A stretch of 64,000 nucleotides of DNA from a virus (taxonomy: Duplodnaviria; Heunggongvirae; Uroviricota; Caudoviricetes): IMG/VR virus record IMGVR_UViG_2706794662_000007. One strand, written 5' to 3'. The position numbers were made by a program, and so were the translations under genes. The notes under the pieces are model-generated. The model did no database searches. It saw only the letters and a list, made by a program, of their open reading frames with translations, and was not told the DNA's origin. Below, one piece after another: positions 59,671 to 64,000 of the stretch. Positions within the stretch are counted from its first letter, which is position 1, and each line of letters opens with the position of its first letter.

Positions 59671-59897
59671 CTTACTGTATTGCCGTTAATAGTGATAGTT
59701 GGTGTAGGTATATTTACATGGTTATCGTTATTTAAAGGCATCAATGAGCACACAGCATGTAATGATTTGCCAGGTGGTGGATTTGGGTAAGTCTTAGAGC
59801 CTGACGTGGTTGTAAATCGATCAAGAAAAAAAATAGGAGTAAGGAAGCCGGTAACGTTAACTCCCTTATTATTGTAGATCCCTGTACCGTATGCCAT
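59616..59897 (-). CDS. hypothetical ORF, possibly 5' part of a frameshifted gene continuing into 58996..59670
   Basis: 55-nt overlap in different frames. Confidence 0.3.
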   Translation of the reverse strand: MAYGTGIYNNKGVNVTGFLTPIFFLDRFTTTSGSKTYPNPPPGKSLHAVCSLMPLNNDNHVNIPTPTITINGNTVSWSNLYKGLGSYIYTYWG

Positions 59898-59951
59898 TTT
59901 TCATCCTTGTTTTTATCAACATAATATGGCCGATCATGCGGCCATATCAGA

Positions 59952-60521
59952 TCAATTAGAGCTTTGAAAGGCTTTGTGTGGCTGTGTTGCGAGGTTATGT
60001 CGATGGCTTAACTCACGCATCATGTCTTCAAGGCGACTCTTTGTGTCGTCGAGTTGGTCAGCCATTGCTCCTAAAAGCTGACGAACTACCATCGGATCGT
60101 CGCTGTTTAGTGATGGCATTTTATAACCCGCCTGAGAAGACATCAGATTGAATGCTGACATCAACATCGTTAGAGAGGATTTAAGCCCGGCAATTTCACG
60201 ATCTTTGCTGGCAATAATCGTCTCACTTTTGTTACTGTCATGAGTTCCTTGAGTCTCGATCACCATATCCAAAGTCTCTTGCAACTTATCAGCTCTCTGT
60301 TTTTCAGCAAGATAATGAACACCGAAATGATGTGCTAAAGCTACAACCTGAGTTGGCTCTTCAAAGGTGGACTCAAAATTAAGTGCTGTAACCACTCTCT
60401 CAAAAATGGAAACGTCTTCTATTCCTCGAAGAATGGCTAACATTTTGACAAGTTCATTAGCATCCATTTCTTCGAATAGGGCGTTTTGTTCATCAGCTAT
60501 TGCTTTGCATTTCTCGCACAT
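59952..60521 (-). CDS. hypothetical protein, 189 aa
   Basis: ORF track; family-1 motif 17 nt upstream. Confidence 0.45.
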   Translation of the reverse strand: MCEKCKAIADEQNALFEEMDANELVKMLAILRGIEDVSIFERVVTALNFESTFEEPTQVVALAHHFGVHYLAEKQRADKLQETLDMVIETQGTHDSNKSETIIASKDREIAGLKSSLTMLMSAFNLMSSQAGYKMPSLNSDDPMVVRQLLGAMADQLDDTKSRLEDMMRELSHRHNLATQPHKAFQSSN

Positions 60522-60818
60522 ATGTTTTCCTTAATGCTTAAACAAGTTGTTTTCTTATTGGCTTTATTGTGATGTGGCATAAAAGGGGAGCAAGCTAAAC
60601 GTAAAGGTGCAAACTCTCTATTTCGGTCAACGAAACACAATGGCCATTTGACCCTTGTCATTAACACGTTGCTTTACGGACTAGCGGATAAGCGAAGTAG
60701 ATCGCCAGACCAATGAGGACGCCATCAGAAATGACAGACATCATCTTTCCCGTAAAATCCACCAACACCGCCATCACCAGAAGAGCAATGACGGTCACAA
60801 GCCGGAATCTCTCAAGCA

Positions 60819-61244
60819 TTAGAGATAAGCATCCAGTGACAACTGAAGCGCCTGGGCGATCTTTTTCAGCGCCTGCTCTTCTGGTTCATCAATGCCGTCT
60901 TGGTCGGCAATATCAAGGCACAGACAAAGTACATCTACTGCATCATCAGTCCCGGCCACATCCGCCAGCTCACGTAAAGCCTGGGCATTAGCACGGCGCG
61001 GTGAGGCTTCGTATTGAGCGCGGATATTGGCGCTCATCTGGGCTATCTCACCAGCAAAAGGAGAAAATGCAGGCAGAGCTGCAATTGTTTTCTCAAGAAT
61101 GGAAATTTCTTTTGCATCGCATGTACCGTTGGCATAGGAGATCATGTACCCACCCCACACGGTGGCTTCAACCGCATCACGGTTCTCCATTTTTTTGACT
61201 TCGATAACTGCTTTACGAGTTTTCTTTTTGAAGAAACCTAACAT
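60819..61244 (-). CDS. TerB-like protein candidate
   Basis: 141 aa; N-terminus MLGFFKK and acidic D-x-D-E C-terminal helices resemble TerB. Confidence 0.4.
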   Translation of the reverse strand: MLGFFKKKTRKAVIEVKKMENRDAVEATVWGGYMISYANGTCDAKEISILEKTIAALPAFSPFAGEIAQMSANIRAQYEASPRRANAQALRELADVAGTDDAVDVLCLCLDIADQDGIDEPEEQALKKIAQALQLSLDAYL

Positions 61245-61337
61245 GTGTTTTCCTTTTGTTATTGGTCAAAACAAGTTGTTTTCTAGTTAAATAAATTGCT
61301 TACGCAAAGACGGTCAATGCATATGCACTAACAACCG

Positions 61338-61526
61338 TCAGAAATAACCAAGTACCGAACCGACTGGAAAAATAAAAATCCCAACTACACGAGCCAAGGT
61401 CATGCCAGCCTGAAACTGGAGATCGCCAGAGCAAACAAGTTTTATAATGTTCGATACCCAACCGGCGGCCATGAGGGCAAGAATTGCCAGCCAAATTTTT
61501 CCAAAGTGATTTGAAAACCAGTTCAT
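61338..61526 (-). CDS. small membrane protein, 62 aa
   Basis: two hydrophobic helices. Confidence 0.3.
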   Translation of the reverse strand: MNWFSNHFGKIWLAILALMAAGWVSNIIKLVCSGDLQFQAGMTLARVVGIFIFPVGSVLGYF

Positions 61527-61774
61527 ACAACCGCCTTAGTCACAGCATGATCCTGAGTAACTGGATGAACTTGAGGTATCGCATCCACCGTCATCCCATC
61601 CAGAGTGACAGGTCGCTCTACTGGAGTGGTGGTAATTGTCGTCGACGGAGGTGTGGTGATGGATGAATCCGGCATCAAAAGGCTCTGACCGGCTGGAACG
61701 GCTACCGTCGCCAGTGAAACTATAATGAGAACGTAGGCCATTGGTTTCAGCCTCTTTCTTTGAAAATTTTCCAT
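61523..61774 (-). CDS. small secreted/membrane protein, 83 aa
   Basis: N-terminal hydrophobic segment MAYVLIIVSLATVAVPA. Confidence 0.35.
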   Translation of the reverse strand: MENFQRKRLKPMAYVLIIVSLATVAVPAGQSLLMPDSSITTPPSTTITTTPVERPVTLDGMTVDAIPQVHPVTQDHAVTKAVV

Positions 61775-62051
61775 TCGAACTGTCCTTGTTGTTTTTCTCC
61801 TTCACTAAAGGCCGTGCATTTTTCGCTTCGCGTGAAGAACCAGAGGCAACAATCGCCCACACGTTCGCAACAACTGACGCTTGATTATCTAAACGTTCAT
61901 TCAGCAACCGAACGGTAGTCTCTAGTTCATCAAGGCGTGACATAACACGACCGCTAAATAATTCGGCCAAAATTTGACGTAAAGAACGAGGACGTTTAGT
62001 TACAGAAGTGAAATAGGTTTGACGTGCCATGTGGACTCCATCCAGTGTCAT
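61536..62051 (-). CDS. hypothetical ORF; only N-terminal ~85 aa look protein-like
   Basis: overlaps 61523..61774 in another frame. Confidence 0.25.
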   Translation of the reverse strand: MTLDGVHMARQTYFTSVTKRPRSLRQILAELFSGRVMSRLDELETTVRLLNERLDNQASVVANVWAIVASGSSREAKNARPLVKEKNNKDSSNGKFSKKEAETNGLRSHYSFTGDGSRSSRSEPFDAGFIHHHTSVDDNYHHSSRATCHSGWDDGGCDTSSSSSYSGSCCD

Positions 62052-62175
62052 AAAGAGTTGCGGCTGGCAATCGCCAGCCGCCTTTCTCGTTCCATCCTGG
62101 AACTGTGTCTTACCGACACATTGTCATCCTGACGCCGATAAGATACATGATTTATAATGATAGGTAAACACTTAC

Positions 62176-62769
62176 TTACTGTTTGTTATAAACAAAACCA
62201 ATATCTTTCTTGTGAGGCATATCTGCTGCTGAAAAAGCTGCGATCTTCGCGAGTCGATCACATATTTCATTTTCACGATGCCCGGCGTGACCTTTAACCC
62301 ACTTCCAGCGAACATTATGTCGACTTGCGGCCTCATCCAGACGCTTCCACAGATCAACATTCTTTACCGGTTTTTTGTCAGAAGTCATCCATCCATTGCG
62401 TTTCCACCATTTCATCCACTGTGTCATGCCGTTTTTCAGATACTGGCTATCAGAGTGCAAAATAACGTTGCATGGATATTTCAAACGCTCCAGCCCGATA
62501 AGTGCCCCCATCATCTCCATGCGGTTATTGGTGGTGCTATGAAAACCATCTGAGAACTCGCGTTCCTCGCCACGATACTGGAGAACGATACCGTAACCGC
62601 CCGGGCCACCCGGATTTTTAAGGCAAGAGCCATCACTAAAGATTTTCACGGTTTTAAGCTGGGGATTGAACTCTACGACAGGCGTTGTGGGATTGGTGCG
62701 GGGAGAATTTTTGTTTTTGTCTTTTTTGCGAGTTTTTGCTTGCGGTCGGGCTGGTGTCTTCGTTGTCAT
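62176..62769 (-). CDS. ribonuclease HI homologue with basic N-terminal extension
   Basis: FSDGSC, NNRME, HSDSQY, ENEICD segments match RNase HI catalytic DEDD positions; start at [10 protein letters not shown]. Confidence 0.8.
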   Translation of the reverse strand: MTTKTPARPQAKTRKKDKNKNSPRTNPTTPVVEFNPQLKTVKIFSDGSCLKNPGGPGGYGIVLQYRGEEREFSDGFHSTTNNRMEMMGALIGLERLKYPCNVILHSDSQYLKNGMTQWMKWWKRNGWMTSDKKPVKNVDLWKRLDEAASRHNVRWKWVKGHAGHRENEICDRLAKIAAFSAADMPHKKDIGFVYNKQ

Positions 62770-62892
62770 ATAAACTCCTGAATCAAGCGCCGCGCCGATT
62801 TTTCCTCGCGCGTGCGCACACGCGTGCGTGTTAATAATTATTAAAATAAACAAATTACTTCCCAGAACAGGTTTTTATAAACCTGAACTGAA

Positions 62893-62930
62893 CGAACGAA
62901 GTGAGTGAAGTTCACCTCGAACGAAGTGAG
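62893..62930. repeat. direct repeats CGAACGAAGTGAG (x2, 25 bp apart) flanking palindrome GTGAAGTTCAC
   Basis: read directly in 490-bp ORF-free region. Confidence 0.6.
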
Positions 62931-63350
62931 AGGTTGTCTTTTCAGGTAATACTCTCCCAGGGAGGTGAGTATAAAATTCCTCACCAACCTGGTCGTTTCA
63001 TAACCTGAAAAGCTATGGTCTAAGTCTACTGCCAGCTTAGACTTGGGAAGTTATGGATGACAGCACCCCAGAACCGAGATCTTCCCACACTTTATGAAGG
63101 GGAGTACTGGATTCAACCTCTCGAAACACCCCAGACTCGACAATCATAAAGTGACCCTTGTCTCCGCTCACTTTGGTTCCCCCTTCCCCGACACCTAAAC
63201 GGCACCGGTTCTACGCTGGTAGTGAGCTTTTTTAAACCTGACGCCAGTGACGCTTACCCCCACCCATCAGGTCGAGTCTCCAGTCTACGACTGGAAACTA
63301 TCAGATCTTAGCACTTACAATTCATCTTATGAATAGTTTGTACTTATCTA

Positions 63351-63605
63351 TCATTTCGATTGATTATTTTCTCGACCATGTAGTTGAACATTCAAGGCAA
63401 ACACCTCGTTGATCAACTCACCTAAAAGCTGTTCAACAAGTTCGCGATGCTCCCCAAGATGCAAGCACTTAATTGCCCACTCGTACAAGTTGAAAGCCTG
63501 CTCACGATCTTTCATCATTTCACGAGCCTGGGCCAGAAAATCGCTGTCTACGAGCGCAACGACATTAGTCGGGTATGACATGTTGGTTTCCTTAAAGTGG
63601 TTCAT
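63351..63605 (-). CDS. hypothetical protein, 84 aa
   Basis: ORF track. Confidence 0.4.
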   Translation of the reverse strand: MNHFKETNMSYPTNVVALVDSDFLAQAREMMKDREQAFNLYEWAIKCLHLGEHRELVEQLLGELINEVFALNVQLHGRENNQSK

Positions 63606-63686
63606 AAAATCGATTTTAAAGCGTCTGGGAAGGGGGTCTAGTGGATTCTGTAGTGATGTTCAGGTCTGGAGTCTCTGATACAAAAC

Positions 63687-63747
63687 AGCCTGCTTCCGTA
63701 TATTAATAATTAATATGTAGTTATTTATATATATACAGAAGCAGGCT
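63687..63747. repeat. ~60-bp palindrome, copy C
   Basis: AGCCTGCTTCCGTATAT...ATATATACAGAAGCAGGCT. Confidence 0.75.
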
Positions 63748-63776
63748 AATTACAGACGCCAGAACAAACTAAGCAG

Positions 63777-64000
63777 CCTTCTTTGATGGTCTTTTTTTCC
63801 TGATCACATTCGCAGGATCATACCCTCCCAGACTTTTCATGACGTCCAAAGGGATCTTGCTTATAGAGTGCCCAGCGTCCTGACAGAATCCTCGAAAAAC
63901 AACGAGCATACTGCCACCGGGGTTGATGTTTACTTCTACCTGACCCAAATTGACGTCAGGCTCGACAAACGCTACGCGGCCACCAGACAGAATAATCGTC
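63777..64000 (-). CDS. partial ORF entering from beyond window end
   Basis: own translation ...VEVNINPGGSMLVVFRGFCQDAGHSISKIPLDVMKSLGGYDPANVIRKKRPSKKAA; stop at 63777. Confidence 0.3.

Larger units (their letters stand above)
50330..64000. mobile_element. lambdoid prophage-like early-region block (minus-strand operon array), right end beyond window
   Basis: Ea22/DUF551-like ORF array, MTase-like gene, RNase HI, LexA-regulated UmuD'-like gene; no integrase seen. Confidence 0.5.

Noticed and set aside
62860-63350. Possible tRNA or tmRNA gene marking a prophage attachment site
   Set aside because: No convincing cloverleaf with a conserved T-loop could be folded by eye; left as unconfirmed and needs tRNAscan or Rfam.

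Overview
Mosaic window dominated by mobile-element DNA, read by eye without any database search. (1) 1 to ~47,030: a siphovirus-type phage or phage-plasmid block, almost all on the minus strand: partial DnaB-like helicase, ParA-type partition ATPase with small partner, lysis cassette, repeat-rich tail fibre, lambda J/I/K/L/M-like tail-tip genes, 1525-aa tape measure, capsid/scaffold/portal, TerL/TerS, then an accessory cluster (wHTH, GNAT-like, ABC-type ATPase, two ParB-N-domain proteins), a divergent SF2 helicase operon, AT-rich cargo genes and an iteron-like repeat array. (2) 47,096-50,292: host housekeeping genes metG and apbC/mrp, bracketed by an exact 23-bp direct repeat. (3) 50,330-64,000: lambdoid early-region-like block (LexA-box-controlled UmuD'-like gene, Ea22/DUF551-like ORF array, ClpX-type zinc-finger protein, gamma-class adenine MTase-like protein, TerB-like protein, RNase HI). 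Two recurrent palindromic motif families and three ~57-bp palindromes spaced ~30.7 kb apart punctuate intergenic regions. Six N-runs (249-339 nt) interrupt genes. No rRNA, CRISPR array or integrase was recognised; tRNAs could not be assessed by eye. The strongest candidates for an undescribed system are the TerS-proximal GNAT/ABC-ATPase/ParB-like cluster and the genome-wide operator-like motif network.
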